From assembly GCA_963640305.1 (NCBI GenBank), contig CAVHYX010000014.1, forward strand, positions 6,906 through 70,905: a DNA stretch of 64,000 nucleotides, written 5' to 3'. Position numbers and translations under genes: made by a program. This document shows, piece after piece, positions 19,243 to 28,571 of the stretch; position 1 is the first letter of the stretch, and the number at the start of each line of letters is the position of its first letter. This stretch comes from Sodaliphilus sp. (lineage in GTDB: Bacteria > Bacillota > Clostridia > Lachnospirales > Anaerotignaceae). Under the pieces are notes generated by a model. It was given only the letters and a program-made list of their open reading frames with translations. It was not told the DNA's origin and ran no database searches.

Positions 19243-19277
19243 TGTCCTTTTCTCGTTCCGGTATCCACGGTAACGCC

Positions 19278-19622
19278 TTATTTCAAAACCTCTTTTACCT
19301 TTGCCGCTTTGCCGACTCTGTCTCTCAGATAGAACAGCTTTGCTCGTCTTACCACGCCGCGTCTCACAACCTCAATGCGGTCAATTCTGGGGGAATGCAC
19401 GGGCCATGTTCTCTCTACACCAACGCCGGAGGCAATACGCCGTACCGTGAAGGTCTCTCTGATGCCGCCGCCCTGTCTTTTGATGACAACACCTTCAAAC
19501 ATCTGCAATCTCTCTCTTGTACCCTCCACAACCTTCGCATAAACGCGGATGGTATCGCCGACATTAAAGGGAGTTACCTCGCTCTTCAGCTGTTCCTGTT
19601 CCAGTTCTCTGATAATATCCAT
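19278..19622 (-). CDS. rplS: 50S ribosomal protein L19
   Basis: The full-length 114 aa matches L19 (FNVGDTIRV..., RRAKLFYLR). Confidence 0.95.
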   Translation of the reverse strand: MDIIRELEQEQLKSEVTPFNVGDTIRVYAKVVEGTRERLQMFEGVVIKRQGGGIRETFTVRRIASGVGVERTWPVHSPRIDRIEVVRRGVVRRAKLFYLRDRVGKAAKVKEVLK

Positions 19623-19704
19623 TGTATTTCCTCCTCATACGCCTTAGCCGTTCTTACCCCATCCCTTTGATGCGGCATTGGACCGTCCGTAATCAACAAG
19701 GGGA

Positions 19705-19733
19705 ATTATATCATGTCTGTCCTATCTTTGCAA
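19705..19733 (-). promoter_or_regulatory. Sigma-A promoter of rplS
   Basis: Minus strand reads TTGCAA-17 nt-TATAAT. An ~80-nt leader follows. Confidence 0.7.
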
Positions 19734-19766
19734 GCATTTTTTCAGAAAAAATCCCCTTCTTTCCGC

Positions 19767-20282
19767 TTATTCATAATGAATAACGGATTCCACTCTGTGT
19801 CCCGGCACCGCCTTTCTGCCGCCCAGAAAATCCAGTTCGATTAAAAATGCGGAGGCAACCACCTCTGCGCCCATCTCCCGCACCATCTCCATGATTGCAT
19901 TTACCGTGCCGCCGGTCGCCATCAGATCATCCACAATGACTACCCTCTGTCCGGGCTTGATGGCATCCTTATGAATTTCAATCGTCGCCTTGCCGTATTC
20001 CAACTCATATTCCTTGCTGACGGTTTCCGCAGGCAGCTTCCCCGCCTTTCTGACGGGAACAAAGCCCTTGCCCATGTTATAAGCCACAGGCATACCGAAG
20101 ATAAAGCCTCTGGATTCGGGACTCAGCACCAAGTCAAACGAAACGTCCGCAAGCCTCGCCGTAATTGCATCCACAGCCTCCCTAAGCCCCTCCGCGTCCT
20201 TCAGAAGCGTTGTAATATCGCGAAAAATCACACCCTTTTGCGGATAATCCTCAATCGATCTGATTTTTTCCTTCAAGTCCAT
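19767..20282 (-). CDS. apt: Adenine phosphoribosyltransferase
   Basis: PRPP-binding motif VVIVDDLMATGGT and overall Apt-like sequence. Confidence 0.95.
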   Translation of the reverse strand: MDLKEKIRSIEDYPQKGVIFRDITTLLKDAEGLREAVDAITARLADVSFDLVLSPESRGFIFGMPVAYNMGKGFVPVRKAGKLPAETVSKEYELEYGKATIEIHKDAIKPGQRVVIVDDLMATGGTVNAIMEMVREMGAEVVASAFLIELDFLGGRKAVPGHRVESVIHYE

Positions 20283-20295
20283 ACTGGTATCCTCC

Positions 20296-22059
20296 TCATT
20301 TTGCCAAGCGAAAATCCTTTATGATTAACTGTACACTGCTCCGCCCCCGAAAGCTGTTTACCGCAATCTCGTAAACAATATCCAGCCTCTCCGAAAGCGA
20401 ACCACTATTTATCATTTTATCACAATCCTGCGCGGGATACAATCCCCTAAGCATTTCCCTAAAATTCTCATATCCGTCAAAGGAAATTGCCGAAAGACGC
20501 ACCCCTCTTCCTGCGTCGGAAAGCGTCATCCGCAAAATATTGCTTTCCTTCCCAATCAAATCGATACGATCTGCTAAAATGCCCCTTGTCGCAAACAGCG
20601 GCGTAGGATTCCCCTTTCCAAATGGTGCAAGCGTCTGCAATTCCTGTGCCAGACCCAAATCAATTTCCGCAAACAAAAGCATACGTTCCACCCGCAGCAC
20701 CGGTCGCATCTCCTCCTCCGTCAGTGTGCAGTCTCGGTTGAGCCGCTCCCGCAAAACAGGGACATTCTCCGGCGGCATGGAAAATCCCGCCGCCATCGCG
20801 TGTCCACCAAAGCGGCTGAAAAGTTCTCTGTTTGCAAAAAGCGCCTCAAACAGATGGTATCCCTCAATGCTTCGTCCCGATCCCTTCACGCCGTCCGTGC
20901 TGTCCGTAATCACAAGCGTCGGACGATAATATTTTTCCTTGATGCGCCCCGCAACGATGCCGGCAATGCTCTCGTGAATCGCCGCATCGTACAGCACCAA
21001 AACCTTGTCCCGCAGCTCCCCGCCCAAGGCAAGCCGTTTGGCAGCCTCCTCCGTCATCCGCTTCCGCTCCGTATTCAGTGCCACCAGCTGCTTCGCTTTT
21101 TCTCGTGCCTCCCTTTCCTCGTTCGTGCAAAAAAGCTCCACCGCCAAACTGCCGCTCATCAACCGTCCCGCCGCGTTGATGCAGGGTCCCAGGACAAAGC
21201 CGATGTGATATTCCGTGATTCTCTTGTCCGAAAGCCCCGTCTCCGCAATGAGCGCCCGCAAGCCAAGGTTTTCCGTCCGTGGCAGTGCCGCCAGCCCCAT
21301 CTGTGCCAGCGTGCGGTTCTCTCCCATGAGATCCACAATATCACAAATCGTCGCAATCGCCGCAAAAATCAAAAGCTCCCGCTCCAATGCCGCATCCGCA
21401 ATGCCGAATTCCTGCAAAAGCAGCAGTGAAAAGCGATAGGCAAGCCCCCCTGCGCACATCTGCCGAAAGGGATAGCCGCAAGCCCGCTGCTTCGGGTCAA
21501 TGATGGCGTCCGCCGCAGGCAGAATGTCTCTCCGTTCCTCGCCCTCCCCCAGAAAGCCGGGCTCATGGTGATCCAAAACCACCACCGTCATGCCCTTTTC
21601 CTTCGCAAGCGCAATCTCCCGTATAGCGGAAATGCCATTATCGCAGGTAAACAAAAGCTCTGTCCCCGCATCCGCCAGCGTCTCTATTACCCGTAAATTC
21701 AAGCCGTAGCCCTCTTTTTCCCGATGCGGAATATAAAACTCTGCCTCCCCGCCGCAGCGCAAAAGCGTCCGCAAAAGAATCGAGGTGCTCATCACGCCGT
21801 CTACGTCGTAATCCCCATAAACCACGATTTTTTTCCCTTCCCGTATCGCCGCCGCAAGCAGCGAAACTCCGGAAAGCATATCCTTCATCCGCGCAGGATC
21901 GCCGAGGCTGTCCGCATCTGCTTGAAAAAACGCCCACGCCTCCTTGCGAGAAGCTAAGCCGCGATTAGCAAGCACAGCGGCCGTTGCCTGCCGAATGCCC
22001 AAATCTCGCGCAATGGCAGCCGCGTCAATTCCCGTGCGCCGCAAAGCCCAGCGTTTCAT
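20296..22059 (-). CDS. recJ: Single-stranded-DNA-specific exonuclease RecJ
   Basis: DHH motifs (GDYDVDG, LDHH) and DHHA1 (GGHAMAAG). Confidence 0.9.
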   Translation of the reverse strand: MKRWALRRTGIDAAAIARDLGIRQATAAVLANRGLASRKEAWAFFQADADSLGDPARMKDMLSGVSLLAAAIREGKKIVVYGDYDVDGVMSTSILLRTLLRCGGEAEFYIPHREKEGYGLNLRVIETLADAGTELLFTCDNGISAIREIALAKEKGMTVVVLDHHEPGFLGEGEERRDILPAADAIIDPKQRACGYPFRQMCAGGLAYRFSLLLLQEFGIADAALERELLIFAAIATICDIVDLMGENRTLAQMGLAALPRTENLGLRALIAETGLSDKRITEYHIGFVLGPCINAAGRLMSGSLAVELFCTNEEREAREKAKQLVALNTERKRMTEEAAKRLALGGELRDKVLVLYDAAIHESIAGIVAGRIKEKYYRPTLVITDSTDGVKGSGRSIEGYHLFEALFANRELFSRFGGHAMAAGFSMPPENVPVLRERLNRDCTLTEEEMRPVLRVERMLLFAEIDLGLAQELQTLAPFGKGNPTPLFATRGILADRIDLIGKESNILRMTLSDAGRGVRLSAISFDGYENFREMLRGLYPAQDCDKMINSGSLSERLDIVYEIAVNSFRGRSSVQLIIKDFRLAK

Positions 22060-22111
22060 TTTCCCTCATCCCCCTTCTTTCGTCCATTTCTCCGTCTATC
22101 ATAACATAACA

Positions 22112-22155
22112 GAGCAAAAGAGAAAAGCGCCGGAAACAATGCTCTGTTTCCAACG
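22112..22155 (-). terminator. Intrinsic terminator after secF
   Basis: 12-bp stem GCGTTGGAAACA/TGTTTCCGGCGC (two G-U pairs), followed by TTTTCTCTTTT. Confidence 0.7.
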
Positions 22156-22172
22156 CTTTTTTCCTTTTTTCC

Positions 22173-23051
22173 TTATCCCTTCTGCGTCTTCGGCAGCAGT
22201 GTATACCAAATCGAGCCGGAGAGACAAACCGAGGAATATGCCCCGGCAATAATACCCACCATCATCGGCAATGCAAATTCCTGAATCGAAGGTACACCAA
22301 GGAAATAAATTGCGCCCACGGTAAATAATGTCGTCAGGGATGTATTGATCGACCGCGCCAGAGTCTGGCTGATGCTCTTGTTGATGCGCTCCGCCGTCTG
22401 ATTCGGCTTAAAGTATGCCTTATTCTCGCGAATACGGTCAAAAATAACAATGGTCGAGTTGACCGAATACCCCAATATGGTCAACAAAACCGCAATAAAG
22501 GTGTTGTTGACGGGGATACGAAAAACGCTGTACGCCGCCAAAACCACCAACACGTCCTGAATCAGCGCAATAATCGCACTCCCGCCCGCGCGCAGGTCGC
22601 GAAAGCGGATGGAAATATAAATCAGCATTGCCACTACCGCAATCAATGTTGCCTTTATAGCAGTACGCTGCATCTCGCCGCTCACCGTGCCGCTGATGTC
22701 GTTGATTTCCGTCATCTCCGCATCGGGATATTTCGCAGTAATCGCCTCCAAAAGAGCCGTCCGTTCTGCGCTGTCCAGAGACTGTAGCTTAATCTCCACG
22801 CTGTTCGTCCCCAAAACCTCCTGCAACTGCGGGCTGGATTGTCCCGTTGTCTCGCTGATAAGCTTTGTCAACTCCTCTGTGTCGTATTCCTGTTTCATAT
22901 CCAGCTCCATGGATGTACCGCCCGTAAACTCTACATCCCAGTTCAACGCTCCCTTACCTGCCTTCGCATTGGCAATCATAAAGCCGAAGCCGATGCAGAT
23001 CACCAGCAGGGAAAGAAGAAAGAATTTTTTTCTGTTCTGAACGATTTGCAT
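22173..23051 (-). CDS. secF: Protein translocase subunit SecF
   Basis: SecF-type membrane protein directly downstream of secD. Confidence 0.9.
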   Translation of the reverse strand: MQIVQNRKKFFLLSLLVICIGFGFMIANAKAGKGALNWDVEFTGGTSMELDMKQEYDTEELTKLISETTGQSSPQLQEVLGTNSVEIKLQSLDSAERTALLEAITAKYPDAEMTEINDISGTVSGEMQRTAIKATLIAVVAMLIYISIRFRDLRAGGSAIIALIQDVLVVLAAYSVFRIPVNNTFIAVLLTILGYSVNSTIVIFDRIRENKAYFKPNQTAERINKSISQTLARSINTSLTTLFTVGAIYFLGVPSIQEFALPMMVGIIAGAYSSVCLSGSIWYTLLPKTQKG

Positions 23052-23063
23052 TTCCCTACCTCC

Positions 23064-24302
23064 TTATTTCAATCGCAAGCCGTAATATTTCGGATTCTGC
23101 ACTCCGGCATACATCAATCCATTGATGATGATGCGGGTGATAACCAATGCCGTAAACATGGAAATGATAATACCAATCATCAATGTGGTCGCAAAGCCCT
23201 TGACCGTACCGCTTCCCAAGAAGAACAGCACCGCCGCCGCAATCAGCGTGGTAATATTCCCGTCCATAATAGCAGGTGTCGCCCGCTTAAAGCCGATTTT
23301 CAATGCGTTTCTGAGTGTCTTGCCCAAAACAAGCTCCTCCTTCACGCGCTCAAAAATAACGACATTCGCATCCACCGCCATGCCGACCGAAAGCACAATC
23401 CCCGCGATGCCCGGCAGTGTCAGCGTTACATGGAACAAGCTCAGCACAACCAACTCCAGCCCAACATAAATGACCAAAGCCCAGTCTGCCGCAAAGCCCA
23501 AAAGCTTGTATGCAAACAGCATATAAATCAAAACCAGCGCAATGCCGACAATCCCTGCGTGTATCCCCGTAGAAAGTGCATCCGCGCCCAGTCTTGCGCC
23601 AACATTCTTCATCTGCATGACATTCAGGTTAAAGGGCAGCGAGCCTGCGCGAATCAAAGAAGCAAGCTGCTCTGCCTCCTCTCCGGTAAAGTTGCCGGAA
23701 ATGATAGCTTGTCCGTCGGTAATTGCTGCCTGTACCGTCGGTGCGCTGATAACCTCTGTATCCATCACAATATAAATCGGCTTTCCGATATTCGCCGCGG
23801 TTGCCTCCGCAAAGCGCTCCGTTCCTTCCTCGTTAAATTCCAGCGCAACATAGGGCTGAGAAGGACTGTTCGCATCCGTTGCACCGACCTGCTTGGACGC
23901 ATCCTTTACCATATCCCCCGTCAGCAAAACATTTCCGCTCTCATCTACAAAGGAAAGCTGTGCGGTCTGCCCAATCTGCTGAATCGCCTCTTCCGCATCC
24001 TCCACGCCGGGAATCTGCACACGGATACGCTTGTCCCCCTCACGGGCAACCTCCGCCTCCGTCCAGCCGTTCCAGTCCAGTCTGCCTTGCAAAAGGGAGA
24101 TAGCCGCCTGCATTTCTGCATCCGTTACCGTTTCCTTGTCCGCCTCATAAACAATATCCACGCCGCCGCTCAAGTCAAGTCCCTGCTCGATTCGGTGGAC
24201 GCTGAGTGCCTTTTTGGATCCGATTCCCCTATAGGAAATCGCGCTCAAGGCAACCGCCACAATGAGCATGACCAAAAGCATCCCTCTGCCTTTCATCTTC
24301 AT
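23064..24302 (-). CDS. secD: Protein translocase subunit SecD
   Basis: SecD body (LGLDLSGG...). Start MKMKGRG at 24302 has GGAGGG upstream. Confidence 0.9.
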   Translation of the reverse strand: MKMKGRGMLLVMLIVAVALSAISYRGIGSKKALSVHRIEQGLDLSGGVDIVYEADKETVTDAEMQAAISLLQGRLDWNGWTEAEVAREGDKRIRVQIPGVEDAEEAIQQIGQTAQLSFVDESGNVLLTGDMVKDASKQVGATDANSPSQPYVALEFNEEGTERFAEATAANIGKPIYIVMDTEVISAPTVQAAITDGQAIISGNFTGEEAEQLASLIRAGSLPFNLNVMQMKNVGARLGADALSTGIHAGIVGIALVLIYMLFAYKLLGFAADWALVIYVGLELVVLSLFHVTLTLPGIAGIVLSVGMAVDANVVIFERVKEELVLGKTLRNALKIGFKRATPAIMDGNITTLIAAAVLFFLGSGTVKGFATTLMIGIIISMFTALVITRIIINGLMYAGVQNPKYYGLRLK

Positions 24303-24456
24303 CTTAAAACCCTCCGTCCTTTCTGTCTGTTTCCGACACAAAAAAGGGATGAATCTTCCGTCCAAGGAGGATCCATGCCCCTTTATTCCGTTTCTCACAA
24401 AGCCTATTTTAGCATAAATTATCGGATTTGCAAGTTTATTTTCCCGTTCCGTCGCA

Positions 24457-24876
24457 TTATTTGCGATTTACGCCCAAAATCCCGCCGATTACCCCCGCAG
24501 CAACTGCTACCGTCAGCGTCATCCATGCCGAGGTCGTCAGCGTAAAGCGATCCGTTGCAAGGCTTGTGATTAGATAAAGCAAAGCCGTGTAAAAGAGCCC
24601 CGCCAACGCCCCCCAAAGAAGCCCCCGCCTGCTTTGGCAAGCCGCCCAGTCATACCCCGCCGCCGCCGCGGAAATCGCTGTACAAATGAGCGAGACTAAG
24701 GGCAGACTCCCCTCCGAAAGCGCAGTATAAGTCAGGAGTATCCCAAAGCCGATAAAAAGAATCGCGGTTATGGCAAAGGCAATTCCCATCCCCCGTGCCA
24801 TGCAGAGCAGCGTTCGTCCCCTCCCCTTGCTTCGGCTACCGCTTGTCTTCCTTTGCTCCCCTTTTTCCTTCTTCAA
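24457..24876 (-). CDS. Small integral membrane protein (possibly the TIGR04086/YrzE-like family)
   Basis: Four predicted TM helices. Start uncertain: either TTG at 24876 without an RBS, or ATG at 24801. Confidence 0.55.
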   Translation of the reverse strand: MKKEKGEQRKTSGSRSKGRGRTLLCMARGMGIAFAITAILFIGFGILLTYTALSEGSLPLVSLICTAISAAAAGYDWAACQSRRGLLWGALAGLFYTALLYLITSLATDRFTLTTSAWMTLTVAVAAGVIGGILGVNRK

Positions 24877-24953
24877 AAAAAATCACATCCAAACGCTTTT
24901 GTCATTTGTTTTCATCTTATGGATGCTTTGAAAAAAGTATGCCATGCCGCCGC

Positions 24954-25007
24954 AAAAAAATACCCCCCGCTCGAAAAACCCGAATCAGCTCTTTCGGCGG
25001 GAGGTAT
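24954..25007 (-). terminator. Intrinsic terminator after the lipoprotein gene
   Basis: 11-bp stem ATACCTCCCGC/GCGGGGGGTAT, followed by TTTTTTT on the minus strand. Confidence 0.75.
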
Positions 25008-25027
25008 CCGCATTTATTTCCTATTTT

Positions 25028-26521
25028 TTATTTGTTGATGGTAGCCGTCTTCAGACCGTATTCCGATTTGTAGGAAACGGTGTAACCCAGCTTCTCGAAA
25101 TCTCTTACGCCAACAAAAGTGCTACTGCCCTCAAGCCAGCCGTTCATTGCGATTTTCCGGTCGTTCTTTACAACATAAGCCTTTTTCTCAGTCTTGTCCC
25201 AAACAACCGTCTCACCCAAGGTATCGCAGATTGTGCGCAGGGGCAAATATGCTCTGCCGTTCTTCACCAAAACCGTTGTCTGGTCTGCGCCGCCAAAACC
25301 ATTCCTGTCCTTACGTACCGGCTGCAAAAGCGCACTTGTGTCATCCCAGCCCCATGTTGCCTCTACGCCAACAATGGGATTGTATTTATCCTCCAGCTTC
25401 TCCAGATCACCCTGCAACTTCTCCAGAGCAATGCCGCCCGTAGGGATGGTTACCGTCTTGGTGGATTTTGTTACAGAAGAATCTGTAGTGATTTTCACTA
25501 CCTGCTTCTCCTTGTATGTTACATAAATCAGGTCTGTAGAACGGAAGCCTGTTGTGGTTTTCTTTACCTGACCCTCATACCGGAAGCTGTCCAGAAGCAT
25601 AGCAATGTGGTCTTCCGTCACAAGCTCCGCAACCGCTGTGCTCATAAGCCCTGCTGCCTCGATAAATTCCTTCTCGGAAGCCTTCAGCGCTGCCACAGAT
25701 TTCTGTATCTCTGCTTTCTCCTCTGCGGTTGCGCCCGCAGCGCCCATTACAGTCATAAGATAGGTCTCTGTCGCATCCAATACCTGTGTAGGATTCTTGC
25801 CGATGAAATCCAGCAACTTGATTACCAGCTGTGCCACATCCTGCCCGTTTGCCTGAATTGCATAGCCGCCGTCAATCTTCTTTACCATGCCTGTCTCAAA
25901 GCCCTTGAGTGCGTCTGTATAGAAGGTCATCACTGCATCGTACAGAACCACGTCATCTCCCGTCTCCTCCAATGCAATGCCTGTCATATCCTCTGCGGAA
26001 ATCAGTCTGATGTACTTATCCTGTCCCAGAATTGCCTTCAAATCCTTCGCATAAGCCTCTGTAAAGGAATAATCATCGCTCTTCTCCGCAACTGCGCCTG
26101 CCAACTGATAGAAGCCCCAAAGGGTATCCGTCGTCATCACAATGCCGTCCTTCATGCTGTAGTAAATCGTACCCAAATCATATGCCTTGCCTGCATAATC
26201 GACATCAAAGGACATATCATATTTCATGGCGTTCATATCCATGTTCATGTCATAATCTATCTTCAATGTCTGCTTGCCCTCGGGGAACTCCCCAACCATT
26301 GCAACTGTATCCGGGTCTGTCGCCTTCGCAACATCCACCACAAAGCTCTCCATCGCATCAAAGTCCACATCCGCCTGCATCGTACCTTCGATTTTGCAGA
26401 CCTCCATGGTATCCGCCATGTCCTTCGCCATCTTCAGATAGCCCAGTTCCTCCGTAGAGCAGCCGGAAAATGCGCCCACACACATCACGGCACACAGCAA
26501 TGCTGCCAATTTTCTTTTCAT
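25028..26521 (-). CDS. Lipoprotein with a C-terminal copper-amine-oxidase-N-terminal-like (stalk) domain
   Basis: Lipobox MKRKLAALLCAVMCVGAFSGCS. C-terminal VKNGRAYLPLRTICDTLGETVVWD. Start at 26521 has GGAGGG upstream. Confidence 0.7.
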   Translation of the reverse strand: MKRKLAALLCAVMCVGAFSGCSTEELGYLKMAKDMADTMEVCKIEGTMQADVDFDAMESFVVDVAKATDPDTVAMVGEFPEGKQTLKIDYDMNMDMNAMKYDMSFDVDYAGKAYDLGTIYYSMKDGIVMTTDTLWGFYQLAGAVAEKSDDYSFTEAYAKDLKAILGQDKYIRLISAEDMTGIALEETGDDVVLYDAVMTFYTDALKGFETGMVKKIDGGYAIQANGQDVAQLVIKLLDFIGKNPTQVLDATETYLMTVMGAAGATAEEKAEIQKSVAALKASEKEFIEAAGLMSTAVAELVTEDHIAMLLDSFRYEGQVKKTTTGFRSTDLIYVTYKEKQVVKITTDSSVTKSTKTVTIPTGGIALEKLQGDLEKLEDKYNPIVGVEATWGWDDTSALLQPVRKDRNGFGGADQTTVLVKNGRAYLPLRTICDTLGETVVWDKTEKKAYVVKNDRKIAMNGWLEGSSTFVGVRDFEKLGYTVSYKSEYGLKTATINK

Positions 26522-26582
26522 TGGTAAAACCCTCCTTCTTTTTTCCCCTTGCCTGTGTTGTAAAAAAAAATTACTGCCTTTC

Positions 26583-26591
26583 ATTATATCA
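26583..26591 (-). promoter_or_regulatory. Extended -10 element (TGaTATAAT) upstream of the lipoprotein gene
   Basis: Read on the minus strand about 60 nt upstream of the ATG at 26521. The -35 is poor. Confidence 0.45.
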
Positions 26592-26699
26592 CATCCGCAG
26601 AAAAAAGAAAAAGCCACACCGCAAATATTTCCTTTTTCCGAATCGGATGAGTAGGCTTCGCCTATAAATCATAGATATTCTTCCCTCGGCTCAATAATA

Positions 26700-26990
26700 T
26701 ACACAGCTATCGTATTACACCCGCAAAACCTTAAGACCGCAGACTCCACTGTCCCGGCAGGGGGGATCATCCCCTACACCTTGTTTGCAAAAGTAATACA
26801 TTGCTCTTGCGATATTCCATCCTTTATTTTCACCCTCAGAACCATGAATCTAGTTCTGCATATCAGGTCAAGGACATGATGTCCTTGCAGGGGTGTTGGC
26901 GGTACGCACCGCTGAACAGACGCGGCGGTTGCTCGAAGGGCAAGGTAAGCAAAACCTGCTTGACCCGATGCCCCCAATGTCTTTTCTTTT
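26700..26990 (-). ncRNA. Candidate structured non-coding RNA, unclassified. Strand and ends are tentative.
   Basis: ~580-nt gap with no convincing ORF. Dense hairpins: AAGGACAT/ATGTCCTT, GCGGT/ACCGC, GGGG/CCCC. Long-range complementarity: GGTCAAG/CTTGACC and GGGGGCATC/GATG..CCCCC. Confidence 0.3.
26718..26742 (-). repeat. Copy B of the shared 24-nt motif (CACCCGCAAAACCTTAAGACCGCAG on the plus strand)
   Basis: About 21/24 identical to 2341-2364. Here the direct repeat is CCGCA-N11-CCGCA, so the same base has changed in both half-sites. Confidence 0.5.
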
Positions 26991-27140
26991 CCTGCCGAGA
27001 TTTTAGAAAAAGTTCCAAGGTCTTGACTTTGTTTGCGGTCATTGTATCAAATCTCCCGTCCAAAAACAAGAACACCGCCAAAAAATTAAAATATTCTTAA
27101 AATCAAATCTCTGCACCAAAGTCTTCCTTTTCCCATCAAA

Positions 27141-27176
27141 ACAAAAAAGAGAGCATCCCCTTTTTTGAGGATGCTC
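27141..27176 (-). terminator. Intrinsic terminator after tuf
   Basis: 10-bp stem GGGAGCATCC/GGATGCTCTC, followed by TTTTTTGT on the minus strand. Confidence 0.8.
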
Positions 27177-27203
27177 CCTTGAATCTCTCGAATTCTTCTG
27201 AAA

Positions 27204-28397
27204 TTACTCAAGAATCTCTACTACAGAGCCGGCACCTACTGTTCTGCCGCCTTCACGAATAGCGAATCTCAGACCCTGTGCCATAGCAACGGGTGTGATC
27301 AATTCGATAGTCATTTCAACGTTGTCGCCGGGCATGCACATCTCTGTACCCTCGGGCAGAGTGATAACGCCTGTTACGTCTGTTGTTCTGAAGTAGAACT
27401 GAGGTCTGTAGTTGTTGAAGAAAGGTGTATGACGGCCGCCCTCTTCTTTGGACAGTACATAAACCTGTGCTTTGAATTTTGTATGAGGTGTGATGGAACC
27501 GGGCTTTGCCAGAACCTGACCTCTTTCAATTTCGTTTCTCTGTACGCCTCTCAGCAGAACACCGATGTTGTCGCCTGCCTCAGCCTGATCCAGAAGCTTA
27601 CGGAACATCTCAACGCCTGTTACAACAACCTTTCTGATTTCGTCTGTCAGACCAACGATTTCAACCTCGTCCTGTACCTTAACAACGCCGGATTCTACTC
27701 TACCTGTTGCTACAGTACCACGACCTGTGATGGAGAAAACGTCCTCAACAGGCATCAGGAAAGGCTTGTCTGTTGCACGCTCGGGTGTAGGAATGTATTC
27801 CTCGATTGCCTCAAACAGCTCCAGAATCTTGTCGCCCCAAGGGCCTGCGGGATCCTGCAATGCCTGGAATGCGGAGCCTCTGATGATGGGAATATCATCA
27901 CCGGGGAATTCATACTCGCTCAAAAGCTCTCTGATTTCCATCTCAACCAGATCCAGCAGCTCCTCGTCCTCAACCATGTCGCACTTGTTCATGAATACAA
28001 CAATGTAAGGAACGCCTACCTGTCTGGACAGCAGGATGTGCTCTCTTGTCTGAGCCATAGGACCGTCTGTAGCAGCAACAACCAGAATCGCACCATCCAT
28101 CTGTGCAGCGCCTGTGATCATGTTTTTAACATAGTCAGCGTGTCCCGGGCAGTCAACGTGTGCATAGTGTCTTGTGGGTGTTTCATACTCAACATGAGCT
28201 GTGGAAATTGTGATACCACGCTCTCTCTCCTCGGGAGCCTTATCAATGTTCTCGAACGCAACAGCCTCACCGATGTTGTATCTTTCATGCAGTGTCTTTG
28301 TAATTGCTGCTGTCAGAGTTGTTTTACCATGGTCAACGTGACCGATAGTACCAATATTCATATGGGGTTTGGTTCTTTCAAATTTTGCCTTTGCCAT
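27204..28397 (-). CDS. tuf: Elongation factor Tu
   Basis: Unmistakable EF-Tu sequence ([21 protein letters not shown]). ATG at 28397 has GGAGG 10 nt upstream. Confidence 0.98.
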   Translation of the reverse strand: MAKAKFERTKPHMNIGTIGHVDHGKTTLTAAITKTLHERYNIGEAVAFENIDKAPEERERGITISTAHVEYETPTRHYAHVDCPGHADYVKNMITGAAQMDGAILVVAATDGPMAQTREHILLSRQVGVPYIVVFMNKCDMVEDEELLDLVEMEIRELLSEYEFPGDDIPIIRGSAFQALQDPAGPWGDKILELFEAIEEYIPTPERATDKPFLMPVEDVFSITGRGTVATGRVESGVVKVQDEVEIVGLTDEIRKVVVTGVEMFRKLLDQAEAGDNIGVLLRGVQRNEIERGQVLAKPGSITPHTKFKAQVYVLSKEEGGRHTPFFNNYRPQFYFRTTDVTGVITLPEGTEMCMPGDNVEMTIELITPVAMAQGLRFAIREGGRTVGAGSVVEILE

Positions 28398-28480
28398 TTT
28401 CAAGTATCCTCCTTATAAAATGTGGAATCTTAATTTATGCGTTTCAATGCACCTAAATCCCGGCGCATCAATCACCTCTA

Positions 28481-28509
28481 ATTATATTAGAACTTTTCCT
28501 TTTTTGCAA
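28481..28509 (-). promoter_or_regulatory. Internal sigma-A promoter for tuf
   Basis: Minus strand reads TTGCAA-17 nt-TATAAT in the fusA-tuf spacer. Confidence 0.7.
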
Positions 28510-28571
28510 TACCAAAAATCCAATTCTATGCAGTATTTTTCGTATATTGCCTTTCCTTCTCCCGGCGAGAA

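Noticed and set aside
24944-26527. A 527-aa plus-strand ORF almost exactly antisense to the 529-aa lipoprotein ORF. Similar long antisense ORFs occur at 42739-44262 (gdhA), 32174-34123 (rpoC), 36695-38332 (rpoB), 28626-30164 (fusA), 27429-28418 (tuf), 22839-24545 (secD), 5084-6379 (pct) and 7659-8696.
   Set aside because: Their translations are Cys/His/Leu/Arg-rich nonsense with no RBS. The opposite-strand proteins have clear family motifs. Long antisense frames are the expected by-product of avoiding TTA/CTA/TCA codons. I used them only as a hint of codon bias.
26700-26990. Possible identity of the tuf-downstream element as tmRNA, SRP RNA, RNase P RNA, a T-box or a cobalamin riboswitch.
   Set aside because: It lacks a tRNA-like 3' end (GGTTCGA..CCACCA), the GGAAGCAGC SRP motif and the GAGGAAAGTCC RNase P motif. 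The T-box-like GGTGCGTACCGCC is just a local hairpin in the wrong position, with no synthetase gene downstream. The GGGTGAAAATAAAGG stretch lacks the rest of the B12 core.
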